From: Vagococcus intermedius
Lineage (GTDB): Bacteria > Bacillota > Bacilli > Lactobacillales > Vagococcaceae
NCBI RefSeq assembly: GCF_029144185.1
Contig: NZ_CP110232.1
Location: 1,422,164 to 1,446,163, forward strand
Direction: 5' to 3'
Length of the DNA: 24,000 nt
The position numbers were made by a program, and so were the translations under genes. The notes beneath the pieces were generated by a model. The model was not told the origin of the DNA, made no database searches, and saw only the letters and a program-made list of their open reading frames with translations. The stretch's first letter is position 1, and the number at the start of each line of letters is the position of its first letter. Shown piece by piece: positions 1 through 8,009 of the stretch.

Positions 1-76
1 AGTTGACTCACCTAAGCCTTGACGAGGTGAGTACTTTAAACGATTAAATACTACTAAAGAATTTGGGGGTCATTGG

Positions 77-1018
77 ATGAAAAAAAGTGAAGGCTATGCA
101 CATGGTAAGATTATTCTAATAGGTGAACACGCCGTAGTTTATGGTCAACCCTCAATTGCCCTGCCCTTCCCTGCTACCCAAATAAGAGCAACTATTACGC
201 CTAGTGAGATGAATAATCTTACAATTGAGTGCATGTTCTATAAAGGGTTATTAAACGACATGCCAGAGTTACTTGATAGTCTAAAAAAAGTGATTGAAGT
301 ATCTCTAAAACGGCTCAATCAACCAAATGCCTTTCTACATATAAAAATTGAAAGCACTATTCCTGCTGAACGCGGAATGGGATCTAGTGCTGCTGTTTCG
401 GTTGCCACAACACGAGCTCTTTTTGACTATTATAAGCAAAAATTAAGTCGTGAAGAATTACTTGATATCGTTAATATTGCTGAAATCATTGCTCACGGTA
501 ACCCTAGTGGCTTAGATGCTCTAATGACAAGTAGTTCTCAGCCTTATTATTTTATTAAAAATCAGACACCTGAACTTATTCAACCAAATTTAGATGCTGT
601 ACTAATAGTGGCTGATACTGGGGTCACCGGGCAAACTAAGAAAGTCGTCCAACAAATTGCGACTAAACTAAATCAAACTGATGGTAGCCACTATCAAGAA
701 ATGATGACAACAATTGGAGAACTCGTTAAAAAATCTCGTCTAGCTTTGACGCATAACCAAGCAGAGGAATTAGGAGCGTTATTAACTAACACCCATTCCT
801 TATTGTCCCAACTAGGAGCAACTAGCCCAGAGCTAGAACAGCTAGTTACCTGTGCCCTTGCTTCAGGCGCCTTAGGAGCAAAACTTACTGGCGGTGGTGG
901 CGGCGGCTGTATGATTGCTCTAGCCAAAAATACTACCGAGGCTAAACACATCGCCCAAAATTTAACACAAATAGGAGCCAAATCAACTTGGCTTTATGAA
1001 ATGAGTGACTTATCATGA
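77..1018 (+). CDS. mvk: mevalonate kinase (GHMP kinase family)
   Basis: 313-aa ORF with GKIILIGEHAVVYG N-terminus, GHMP motif PAERGMGSSAAV and C-terminal KLTGGGGGGC glycine loop. First gene of the mvk-mvaD-mvaK2-fni cluster. G-rich SD upstream of the ATG. Stop overlaps the next start (ATGA at 1015-1018). Confidence 0.9.
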   Translation: MKKSEGYAHGKIILIGEHAVVYGQPSIALPFPATQIRATITPSEMNNLTIECMFYKGLLNDMPELLDSLKKVIEVSLKRLNQPNAFLHIKIESTIPAERGMGSSAAVSVATTRALFDYYKQKLSREELLDIVNIAEIIAHGNPSGLDALMTSSSQPYYFIKNQTPELIQPNLDAVLIVADTGVTGQTKKVVQQIATKLNQTDGSHYQEMMTTIGELVKKSRLALTHNQAEELGALLTNTHSLLSQLGATSPELEQLVTCALASGALGAKLTGGGGGGCMIALAKNTTEAKHIAQNLTQIGAKSTWLYEMSDLS

Positions 1019-1992
1019 CAAATTTTGCAAAAGCTAAAGCCCATACTAATATTGCCCTAATTAAATATTGGGGCAAACGAGATGAACAATTATTTTTACC
1101 AATGAATAGTAGTCTCTCTTTAACCTTAGATGCTTTTTATACAGAGACCGAAGTGTTATTGGATGATAATTTAGAAAGTGATCAGTTCATATTAAATAAT
1201 GACATTCAGTCCCTAACGGAAACAAAAAAAATAACTGACTTCCTTAACCTGTTTAGAAAACAAGCTGGCATTACAACCCCAGCTAAAGTAACAAGCCAAA
1301 ATTTTGTCCCAACAGCTGCTGGCTTAGCTTCTTCTGCCTCAGCTTTTGCTGCCTTAGGATGTGCTATGAATCAAGTTACAAACTTAAATATGGATAAAAG
1401 TACACTATCAACTTATGTTCGCCGTGGTAGTGGTAGTGCTACTCGCAGCTTATTTGGAGGTTTTGTTGAATGGCAAATGGGGACGTGTTCGGAAGATAGC
1501 TTAGCTACTCCCGTAGATGATGCAAACTGGGATATTGGGATGATAACCGTGGCTGTTAATACTCAGAAAAAAACTGTTTCAAGTCGCAAAGGCATGAAAT
1601 TAACCGTTGAAACCTCTAATTTTTATCCTGCATGGCTTGAAAGTGCCGCAACGGATTTAGTTGCCATTAAAACAGCGATTAAACAGCAAGATTTTGAACA
1701 AGTCGGGCTAATTACCGAATCTAATGGGATGAAAATGCACGGCACAATGCTTGGTGCAACGCCTCCTTTTAGTTATTGGGAACCACGTACCTTAGAAGTT
1801 CTAACAAAAGTGCGACAATTACGTGGACAAGGGTGGCAGTGTTACTTTACAATGGACGCGGGACCTAATGTTAAAATATTATGTCGTTACTCAGATTCTC
1901 AAAAACTACAAAAATTTTTACAAGATGCCTTCCCTGATAACCCTGTTATCATTTCAAAAGTCGGCAGTGGTGTCGAATTGTTAGCTAAATAA
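1015..1992 (+). CDS. mvaD: diphosphomevalonate decarboxylase
   Basis: 325-aa ORF with NIALIKYWGKRD, AAGLASSASAFAAL and RRGSGSATRS motifs typical of MVD. Translationally coupled to mvk by a 4-nt overlap. Confidence 0.9.
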   Translation: MTNFAKAKAHTNIALIKYWGKRDEQLFLPMNSSLSLTLDAFYTETEVLLDDNLESDQFILNNDIQSLTETKKITDFLNLFRKQAGITTPAKVTSQNFVPTAAGLASSASAFAALGCAMNQVTNLNMDKSTLSTYVRRGSGSATRSLFGGFVEWQMGTCSEDSLATPVDDANWDIGMITVAVNTQKKTVSSRKGMKLTVETSNFYPAWLESAATDLVAIKTAIKQQDFEQVGLITESNGMKMHGTMLGATPPFSYWEPRTLEVLTKVRQLRGQGWQCYFTMDAGPNVKILCRYSDSQKLQKFLQDAFPDNPVIISKVGSGVELLAK

Positions 1993-2017
1993 TTCGATAA
2001 TAGAAAGGACGAAGAAA

Positions 2018-3109
2018 ATGATAGAAGCCAGTGCGCCGGGAAAACTATATATAGCAGGTGAATATGCTGTACTTGAACCTGGTCATCCAGCGATTTTGGT
2101 CGCATTAGATCAATTTATTACTGTAAAACTAAAAGAAGCTAAAAATCAAGGCAGCATTTGTTCAAGTTACTCCAACGGTTTGACTATTCCTTGGACTCGT
2201 AAAGATGGACAATTTTATATCGATGAACGTGAAAATCCTTTTACCTATGTCATTCAATCTGTTACGACGACTGAAAGTTATTTACAGGAACTTGGAAAAG
2301 ACCTAACCTTCTTTGATTTAGAAATTGAAAGTGACCTTGATAACAAAGATGGTCGTAAATATGGATTAGGTTCAAGCGGTGCGGTCACAGTTGCAACAAT
2401 CAAAGCGTTACTAACTTTTCACAATGTTACATTTGATGCTGAGCTGGTCTATAAACTTGCTGCGCTTACTCATTTGACTATTAAAAGTAATGGCTCCTTT
2501 GGTGATTTAGCTGCTAGTTCTTTTGGTGGATGGTTAGCCTATTCATGTTTTGATCGCGAGTGGGTACAAAAAAATAGAGAGACTCATTCGCTAAAAGCTT
2601 TACTAGAAATGACTTGGCCTAAACTGATGATTGAGCCCCTAACCCCACCTGACAATTTAAATTTATTAATAGGTTGGACAGGTAGCCCTGCTTCAACTAC
2701 TCATTTAGTTGATTTATTAAATGAAGAAATTAGCGATATTGACCATTACTATCCTATTTTCTTAAAAAATAGTTTTGACTGTGTCTCGACAATCATTTCA
2801 GCATTTAAACAGCATGACTTTGCTGCTATTCAACGAGGTATTCGTCAAAATAGAACGCTTTTACAACACTTAGGAGCTAATAGTGGCGTTCATATTGAAA
2901 CAGCTACGCTATTTGACTTATGTGAAGTAGCTGAGGATTATCATGGTGCCGCTAAATCTTCTGGTGCTGGTGGCGGAGATTGTGGCGTGGTCATCATCGA
3001 TAAGTCAATTGATACGACACCGCTCATTGAAGAATGGAAACAAGCGGATATTTGTCAATTAGATTTAACTGTTCATTATGAAGTACTTAGAAATGCTTGT
3101 CTTAAATAA
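2018..3109 (+). CDS. mvaK2: phosphomevalonate kinase (GHMP family)
   Basis: 363-aa ORF with APGKLYIAGEYAVLEPG N-terminus, GLGSSGAVTVA GHMP motif and KSSGAGGGDCG. Position between mvaD and fni matches Gram-positive mevalonate operons. Confidence 0.85.
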   Translation: MIEASAPGKLYIAGEYAVLEPGHPAILVALDQFITVKLKEAKNQGSICSSYSNGLTIPWTRKDGQFYIDERENPFTYVIQSVTTTESYLQELGKDLTFFDLEIESDLDNKDGRKYGLGSSGAVTVATIKALLTFHNVTFDAELVYKLAALTHLTIKSNGSFGDLAASSFGGWLAYSCFDREWVQKNRETHSLKALLEMTWPKLMIEPLTPPDNLNLLIGWTGSPASTTHLVDLLNEEISDIDHYYPIFLKNSFDCVSTIISAFKQHDFAAIQRGIRQNRTLLQHLGANSGVHIETATLFDLCEVAEDYHGAAKSSGAGGGDCGVVIIDKSIDTTPLIEEWKQADICQLDLTVHYEVLRNACLK

Positions 3110-3136
3110 TTTTTACTCATATTAGGAGGCCAATAG

Positions 3137-4198
3137 ATGTCTATTCAACAACATCGCAAAGATGAGCATGTCTCTCTTGCTACACAACAATATATCGACC
3201 AACCAGAGACTGATTTTGATGCAATCTCATTTGTTCATCACTCGCTACCCAATATCGATGTTTCAGAAGTCTCTCTTGCTACTGAGTTTGCGGATATGGA
3301 TTTTGATGTCCCAATTTATATAAATGGTATGACTGGTGGTAGTCCTAAAACCGCTAAAATTAATGAAGAACTCGCTATTGTTGCTAGAGAAACTGGACTA
3401 GCTATGGCTGCCGGTTCTGTTAGTGCTGCATTAAAACACTCTGATGTAGCAGAAAGTTATACTATAATTCGCAAAATGAATCCTAACGGTAAAATTTTTG
3501 CGAACTTAGGAGCTGAACATTCAGTTGAAAATGGGAAAAGAGCGGTTGATTTATTGCAAGCAGATGCCTTGCAAATTCATGTCAACGTTCCTCAAGAATT
3601 GATCATGCCTGAAGGTGAGCGTCGGTTCGCTACATGGTTAAGTTCGATTGAAAATATGGTCAGCCAAGTTGGTGTCCCTGTAATTGTCAAAGAAGTTGGT
3701 TTTGGGATGAGTCGTAAAACCATTCAACAACTTTTAAATATTGGCGTTAAAACAATTGATATTAGTGGTCGCGGAGGGACTAATTTTGCTGCTATCGAAA
3801 ATTCACGACGTAAGCACCATGATTTTTACTTTGCAGAAAATTGGGGACAGTCTACCCCAATTTCGCTAATTGAGGCCTATAATCAATCTGGTGCTTGTGA
3901 TATTCTAGCTTCTGGAGGTATTAGAACCTCTCTAGATATGATTAAAGCTTTTGCTTTAGGTGCCCATGCTTGTGGGTTATCTGGACAATTTTTACATCTG
4001 ATCCAAGAAGAAGGTGTTGATGAAACCATTATGACTGTCAACCGTTGGGAAGAACAATTAAAAATTATTATGACCTTACTTGGAGCTAAACGCTTAACTG
4101 AATTAAAGAAAACAGATGTGATTTTACGTGATCCAATTAAAACCTGGTGTGAAGCTCGTCATATCGATTGGACTCACTTTGCTAATCGTTCCAAATAA
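3137..4198 (+). CDS. fni: type 2 (FMN-dependent) isopentenyl-diphosphate delta-isomerase
   Basis: 353-aa ORF with RKDEHV near the N-terminus and NGMTGG, GRGGTNFAAIE and ASGGIR motifs. AGGAGG SD 8 nt upstream. Last gene of the mevalonate operon. Confidence 0.9.
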   Translation: MSIQQHRKDEHVSLATQQYIDQPETDFDAISFVHHSLPNIDVSEVSLATEFADMDFDVPIYINGMTGGSPKTAKINEELAIVARETGLAMAAGSVSAALKHSDVAESYTIIRKMNPNGKIFANLGAEHSVENGKRAVDLLQADALQIHVNVPQELIMPEGERRFATWLSSIENMVSQVGVPVIVKEVGFGMSRKTIQQLLNIGVKTIDISGRGGTNFAAIENSRRKHHDFYFAENWGQSTPISLIEAYNQSGACDILASGGIRTSLDMIKAFALGAHACGLSGQFLHLIQEEGVDETIMTVNRWEEQLKIIMTLLGAKRLTELKKTDVILRDPIKTWCEARHIDWTHFANRSK

Positions 4199-4206
4199 AT
4201 AAAAAA

Positions 4207-4240
4207 GCTCAGAGACTCATCTCCGAGCTTTTTTATTTTT
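4207..4240. terminator. bidirectional rho-independent terminator between fni (+) and the GDPD gene (-)
   Basis: GCTCAGAG (4207-4214) / CTCCGAGC (4221-4228) form an 8-bp stem with a 6-nt loop. A6 lies upstream and T6-A-T5 downstream. The single mismatch is A.C on the + transcript but a G.U wobble on the - transcript. The stop codon of the minus ORF (4233-4235) lies in the T tract. Confidence 0.75.
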
Positions 4241-5006
4241 CTAACAAGAATAAAACTCTATTTAAAAAAGTCTCTGTCTCTTCACGACTCTCTCTAAATT
4301 CGACTCCTCGATCAGGATGGTTACTGATGATACCATCTACATCTAATCTCAAGTAATGCTTTAAGAGCTCATCTTTATTAACAGTCCATACAAATAGCCC
4401 TTTTTTCAGTTCTTTTGCTTCTTCTAATAAGTTCTCTGTCACTGAAAATTCCTCTAATACATAAAAATTATGCAACGTATCTGGTAAATGACCAAAGTTT
4501 AGTGGAATAATATAACCAGTTTTTAAACGCGGTTCTTTGATTTTTAATTCATCTAATATTGGTTTATCTAATGATTGTACCGAAAACCAACTTAAAACTT
4601 GCTTGTCTTTTAATACTTTTATTAAGTTATCACACATGTCTTCTGATTCATAGCCATGTGGTTTCACTTCAATTAATAATTTCATATTCAGTGATTTGGC
4701 CTCGTCAATATATTCTTTCAACGATGGAATACGATCAGTAAAACCGTTCTGAACTATTTTGACTGTTTGTAATTCTTTTAGTGTCATATTTCGCACCTCT
4801 TGATCCAGGCCGGCTAAACGTTTTAAATTATAATCATGCATCACAACGAATTGACCATCTTTGGTTTCTTGAATATCCATCTCAACCATATCAGCTCCTA
4901 CCTCAGCAGCTGCTCTAAGTGATCCTAATGAATTTTCAACCCCTTTTTCCATAAAACCTCGATGAGCAACAATCGTTGTTTGAGGTTGATAAACAACTGT
5001 TATCAC
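4233..5006 (-). CDS. glycerophosphodiester phosphodiesterase catalytic-domain fragment
   Basis: 257-aa ORF with VAHRGF..ENS and DMVEMDIQETKDGQFVVMHD motifs (GDPD fold). It has only a GTG start with no convincing SD, consistent with being the 3' part of a longer gene. Confidence 0.7.
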   Translation of the reverse strand: MITVVYQPQTTIVAHRGFMEKGVENSLGSLRAAAEVGADMVEMDIQETKDGQFVVMHDYNLKRLAGLDQEVRNMTLKELQTVKIVQNGFTDRIPSLKEYIDEAKSLNMKLLIEVKPHGYESEDMCDNLIKVLKDKQVLSWFSVQSLDKPILDELKIKEPRLKTGYIIPLNFGHLPDTLHNFYVLEEFSVTENLLEEAKELKKGLFVWTVNKDELLKHYLRLDVDGIISNHPDRGVEFRESREETETFLNRVLFLLEK

Positions 5007-5062
5007 GGACCAACTATTAAATCCAATGAGACCTCCTAAAATAAGGATGGCACTTATTGTTT

Positions 5063-6016
5063 TCAGCTTTTTTTTCTTAATTGCTTCATAAAAAGATTGC
5101 TGATTTTTTTTAGTGGCACACTAAAAGGCGTTATCTCTTCTCTTGTTGTCTCCACTACACCATTTGCAAGTAAAGGTTGCAATAAACCTCCCACGAAAAA
5201 AAGAACTAATTGAATTCCTGTAATGACTATTCCTGCTACTATTGGAGAAAGTTTTGGCATAATGAAATCAGTCAACATTAAAGGCAGTGTCATCATAAAT
5301 ATCGTGCCTGCTAACGTTGCTCCGATTAATAAAATAAGCGTGCCAATAATACAAACATTCCGCCAAAGTCTTCCTTTGGAAAATTCCCAACTCTCTTTAA
5401 TCGCTGATAAAATAGTTTGAGAAGGAGTAATAACAAAAAAATAAATAACATAGAGCAGTCTAAAAGATAAATATAAAATAAATATCCCAGCTAAACTAAT
5501 GAGGATAGAACCAACTAACGTCATAGACAGCTCATCCACAATAAAATCAGGTATTTTAATAGTTTCTAATAAATCTGATTGAAATCCTAGCGACACTAAA
5601 GGCAATATTAATAAGAAATAGCCTAAAAATAAGACTAGATGACTACTAAAAAAATATTTAATTTTTTTATTTAATTTTTTGAAATTCTCTTTATAGTTTG
5701 CTTTATACCCTTTCAGATGACTATCTGCCATTAAAAAATAATAGCCTAATTCATAAAAAATTGCGTATGTAAAAATTAGTAGCCATAGTAAGCCTAATAT
5801 CAGTGCGCTAGGAGTGTGTAATAACGTCATAATAGTCTCATCTGTTAGTCCGACAATTTTAGCTCTTTGCAGCATTAAAATGAAAATTCCTGATAAAATC
5901 GGTAATATTATAATTGTTTTTAAACCTTGTAAAAAAAGCATACTTTTAAAATAATCTTGCCAATAAAAACGAACTCTTTTAATACTATTCGTTATTTTAA
6001 TCCATATTTTATTCAT
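5063..6016 (-). CDS. N-terminal multi-pass membrane domain fragment of the GDPD protein
   Basis: 317-aa hydrophobic ORF with about 7 predicted TM segments. AGGGAGG SD upstream of the ATG at 6016. From memory, this type of membrane domain is normally fused to a C-terminal GDPD domain in Firmicutes. Confidence 0.7.
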   Translation of the reverse strand: MNKIWIKITNSIKRVRFYWQDYFKSMLFLQGLKTIIILPILSGIFILMLQRAKIVGLTDETIMTLLHTPSALILGLLWLLIFTYAIFYELGYYFLMADSHLKGYKANYKENFKKLNKKIKYFFSSHLVLFLGYFLLILPLVSLGFQSDLLETIKIPDFIVDELSMTLVGSILISLAGIFILYLSFRLLYVIYFFVITPSQTILSAIKESWEFSKGRLWRNVCIIGTLILLIGATLAGTIFMMTLPLMLTDFIMPKLSPIVAGIVITGIQLVLFFVGGLLQPLLANGVVETTREEITPFSVPLKKISNLFMKQLRKKS

Positions 6017-6144
6017 CTAAATCCTCCCTCTCTATTAATATGTCTTCCTTCTTATTATAGTGAATAAATAACAAAACTACTAATTAATCACCTTATTTAA
6101 TAAAAAATAAAAATTTAATACGTTACTGATTACTAATTTTTAAT

Positions 6145-6182
6145 AAAAAAGACATTGAATCATATGATTCAATGTCTTTTTT
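6145..6182. terminator. bidirectional rho-independent terminator downstream of the MarR gene
   Basis: Perfect palindrome GACATTGAATCATATGATTCAATGTC (6151-6176), flanked by A6 (6145-6150) and T6 (6177-6182). Confidence 0.8.
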
Positions 6183-6199
6183 ATTAATCTTTACTAGTA

Positions 6200-6637
6200 T
6201 TAATGGCTTCTTTTATTATCATCAATTTTTTTAATAACTTCTAAAACTCCCATAAAACGGATCTGTTCTTCGGAAGATAGTTGTGAATAATCATCTATAA
6301 TAATTTTTTCATATTTATTGTAGAGCTCTTGGGCAAGTTTTTGGCCTTTCTCAGTAAAAGAAATATAATAAAGGCGGCGATCATCTGAAGATTGCTCACG
6401 TTGGATAATACCCTCGTTCATCAACCTTTTTAAAATACGGCTAGTGTAGCCTTTATCTAAATCTAATTCGCTTTCAATATTTTTCGCCGGCATACGACCT
6501 TGTTCCCACAATTCAAAAATAATACGTAATTCATTGAAATTAAATGAATCGTTTGCCATTTCTTTTTCTAAAAAAGTCAGGTAATTCAAAAAGGACTTTA
6601 TGAAAGCATTAACTGTATGGGCATCTGCTTTAATCAT
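6200..6637 (-). CDS. MarR-family transcriptional regulator
   Basis: 145-aa ORF with a winged-HTH region (LDLDKGYTSRILKRLMNEGIIQREQSSDDRRLYYISFTEKG) typical of MarR. AGGAGG SD 9 nt upstream of the ATG. Confidence 0.85.
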   Translation of the reverse strand: MIKADAHTVNAFIKSFLNYLTFLEKEMANDSFNFNELRIIFELWEQGRMPAKNIESELDLDKGYTSRILKRLMNEGIIQREQSSDDRRLYYISFTEKGQKLAQELYNKYEKIIIDDYSQLSSEEQIRFMGVLEVIKKIDDNKRSH

Positions 6638-6727
6638 TCTTTATAACCTCCTAATACCTTTATATTTCTATAATACTTTTATTTTGAATTAAGTACAAAT
6701 AATAACACCTAAAATCAGTAAAAATTA

Positions 6728-6753
6728 TTGCTTAAGCAACTAATTTTAGTTGC
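6728..6753. promoter_or_regulatory. overlapping palindromes in the marR / yccF-like divergent region (candidate MarR operator)
   Basis: TTGCTTAAGCAA (6728-6739) is a perfect 12-nt palindrome. It overlaps GCAACTAATTTTAGTTGC (6736-6753), which has 8-bp arms and a 2-nt centre. Confidence 0.45.
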
Positions 6754-6793
6754 CTAAATCATGCTAAAGTCTGATGAAACTGTAAAAGAAGCT

Positions 6794-6802
6794 TGCTATA
6801 AT
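6794..6802 (+). promoter_or_regulatory. extended -10 promoter element for the YccF-family gene
   Basis: TGcTATAAT (TG 6794-6795, TATAAT 6797-6802), 28 nt upstream of the ATG at 6831. No good -35, consistent with an extended -10 promoter. Confidence 0.5.
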
Positions 6803-6830
6803 AGTCTTGTATAAAAGAAAGGTGATTTTT

Positions 6831-7190
6831 ATGGGATGTTTAGGAAATATAATTTGGTTCATTTTTGGTGGGTTTGTCCAGGGCCTATCATGGTGCTTAG
6901 CAGGTGTCCTTTGGTGTCTAACTATCATTGGCATTCCTGTTGGCTTACAATGCTTTAAATTCGCAAAAATTTCGTTTTTCCCATTTGGGAAAGAGATTTA
7001 TTACGGGGGTGGGACCGGTTCTTTTTTACTGAATCTAATTTGGTTAGTCATTTCAGGTATCCCACTAGCTTTAGTATCTTTAACAAGCGGTATTGTCCTT
7101 TGTTTGACAATTATTGGGATTCCCTTTGGTTTACAATCATTTAAAATGGCTCGGCTTGCCCTAATGCCTTTTGGCTCACGAGTTATCTAA
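6831..7190 (+). CDS. YccF-domain inner-membrane protein
   Basis: Internally duplicated motif (NIIWFIFGG..IIGIPVGLQCFKFAKISFFPFGK and NLIWLVISG..IIGIPFGLQSFKMARLALMPFG) typical of the YccF family. I prefer the ATG at 6831 (GGTGA SD 5 nt upstream) over the track start at 6807. Confidence 0.8.
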   Translation: MGCLGNIIWFIFGGFVQGLSWCLAGVLWCLTIIGIPVGLQCFKFAKISFFPFGKEIYYGGGTGSFLLNLIWLVISGIPLALVSLTSGIVLCLTIIGIPFGLQSFKMARLALMPFGSRVI

Positions 7191-7217
7191 AAGCTTAGCT
7201 TTGCTAAGCTTTTTTTT
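7191..7217 (+). terminator. rho-independent terminator of the YccF-family gene, overlapping the GNAT stop codon
   Basis: AAGCTTAGC (7191-7199) / GCTAAGCTT (7203-7211) form a 9-bp stem with a 3-nt loop, followed by a T run to 7217. Confidence 0.7.
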
Positions 7218-7731
7218 GAGTCCATTCACTAACTAATATCGCATAGTAATTTTCATCCCACCAACCATTATTTACCGGAATACACTGCTTAAATTCGCCT
7301 TCTAGCCTCATACCCAGTTGTCCCATCATTTTATTAGACCCTATATTTTCAGGTTGACAAGTAGCGATAATACGATGAATCCCTAATTCTTTAAAACCAT
7401 AGTCCATCAATGCCTCTGCTGATTCTGAAGCATAACCTTTTTTATGAAACTTAGGATTAAAGACCCAACCTATTTCGTAAGAATGATCTCCAAAAAAAGC
7501 GGTGAAATATAAGTGCCCTATTACTTGATTGGTTTCTTTTAAAACGACAGCATAGTATTCCTTTTTAGTCTCTTGCTTCTTTATGAAAGAAGCTACCTCC
7601 TCATACGTCATCACCTCTTCAGGTAAGTAATACATAGCTTCTTTATTTCCTAAAAAACCTAGGGCCTCCTCGCTATCTTCTTTTTGATAATCCCTAATAA
7701 TTAATCTTTCTGTTTGTAATAATAACTTCAT
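7204..7731 (-). CDS. GNAT-family N-acetyltransferase (RimJ/RimL-like)
   Basis: 175-aa ORF with TERLIIRDY N-terminus and a HKKGYASESAEALMDYGF acetyl-CoA-binding region. AGAGG SD 8 nt upstream. Confidence 0.85.
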   Translation of the reverse strand: MKLLLQTERLIIRDYQKEDSEEALGFLGNKEAMYYLPEEVMTYEEVASFIKKQETKKEYYAVVLKETNQVIGHLYFTAFFGDHSYEIGWVFNPKFHKKGYASESAEALMDYGFKELGIHRIIATCQPENIGSNKMMGQLGMRLEGEFKQCIPVNNGWWDENYYAILVSEWTQKKA

Positions 7732-7951
7732 GCATTCTACCTCTTTTCATTGGTATCGTCCCCCCTTTTTAAGGAAAGCGCTTTAATTCGGATCGATGCC
7801 AAGCAACCAATAGTCTGCTTTGACTCTACCTGTTTTGTTATGTCTTGATAAAATTCTTCTTTTCTATCCATCACTAGTATAATCTGATATCGGATGATTA
7901 TCAAACATTCTTTATCGTCCCTTTACTAGCAAATAAAAAAAATAAATAAAA

Positions 7952-7990
7952 AGTCTAAAAACAACTATTAACTAACGCTATTTTTAGACT
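7952..7990 (-). terminator. putative terminator downstream of the Mga/RofA-like gene
   Basis: AGTCTAAAAA (7952-7961) / TTTTTAGACT (7981-7990) form 10-bp A/U-rich arms with a 19-nt loop. A T-rich tract follows on the minus strand. The large loop lowers confidence. Confidence 0.45.
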
Positions 7991-8009
7991 TTTATTAAAA
8001 TTGATATTA

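Larger units (their letters stand above)
4233..6016 (-). pseudogene. membrane-anchored glycerophosphodiester phosphodiesterase, interrupted by a frameshift at a poly(A) tract (pseudogene, phase-variable gene or homopolymer sequencing error)
   Basis: Two same-strand ORFs (5063-6016 membrane domain, 4233-5006 GDPD domain) lie 56 nt apart. The upstream ORF stops right after an A8 run (T8 at 5068-5075 on +). The downstream reading frame is open upstream of its GTG and encodes KKLKTISAILILGGLIGFNSWSVITVV, a TM-like segment with no start codon. One extra A in the tract fuses both ORFs in frame. Confidence 0.6.

Noticed and set aside
6-32. Hairpin ACTCACCT / AGGTGAGT with an embedded TTGACG upstream of mvk
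   Set aside because: The 8-bp stem is not followed by a T run, so it is not a convincing terminator. TTGACG-17-GATTAA is too weak a -10 match to call a promoter. The window edge prevents seeing the upstream context.
694-981. 95-aa ORF antisense to mvk, with a proline run
   Set aside because: It lies entirely inside the well-supported mvk CDS on the opposite strand. Its PPPPPP run is simply the reverse complement of the mvk GGGGGG codons. No SD.
1899-2105. 68-aa antisense ORF spanning the mvaD/mvaK2 junction
   Set aside because: Shadow ORF opposite two strongly supported genes, with no start signals.
4559-5420. Plus-strand ORFs 4559-4741 and 5223-5420
   Set aside because: Both are antisense shadows within the GDPD gene fragments. 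They have low-complexity composition and no SD.
7204-7871. GNAT plus small upstream ORF as a GNAT-type toxin-antitoxin pair (TacT/AtaT-like)
   Set aside because: The GNAT has the TERLIIR RimJ/RimL-type N-terminus rather than a TacT/AtaT-like sequence. The upstream ORF is only 44 aa, has no SD, and shows no recognisable RHH/DUF1778-like character.
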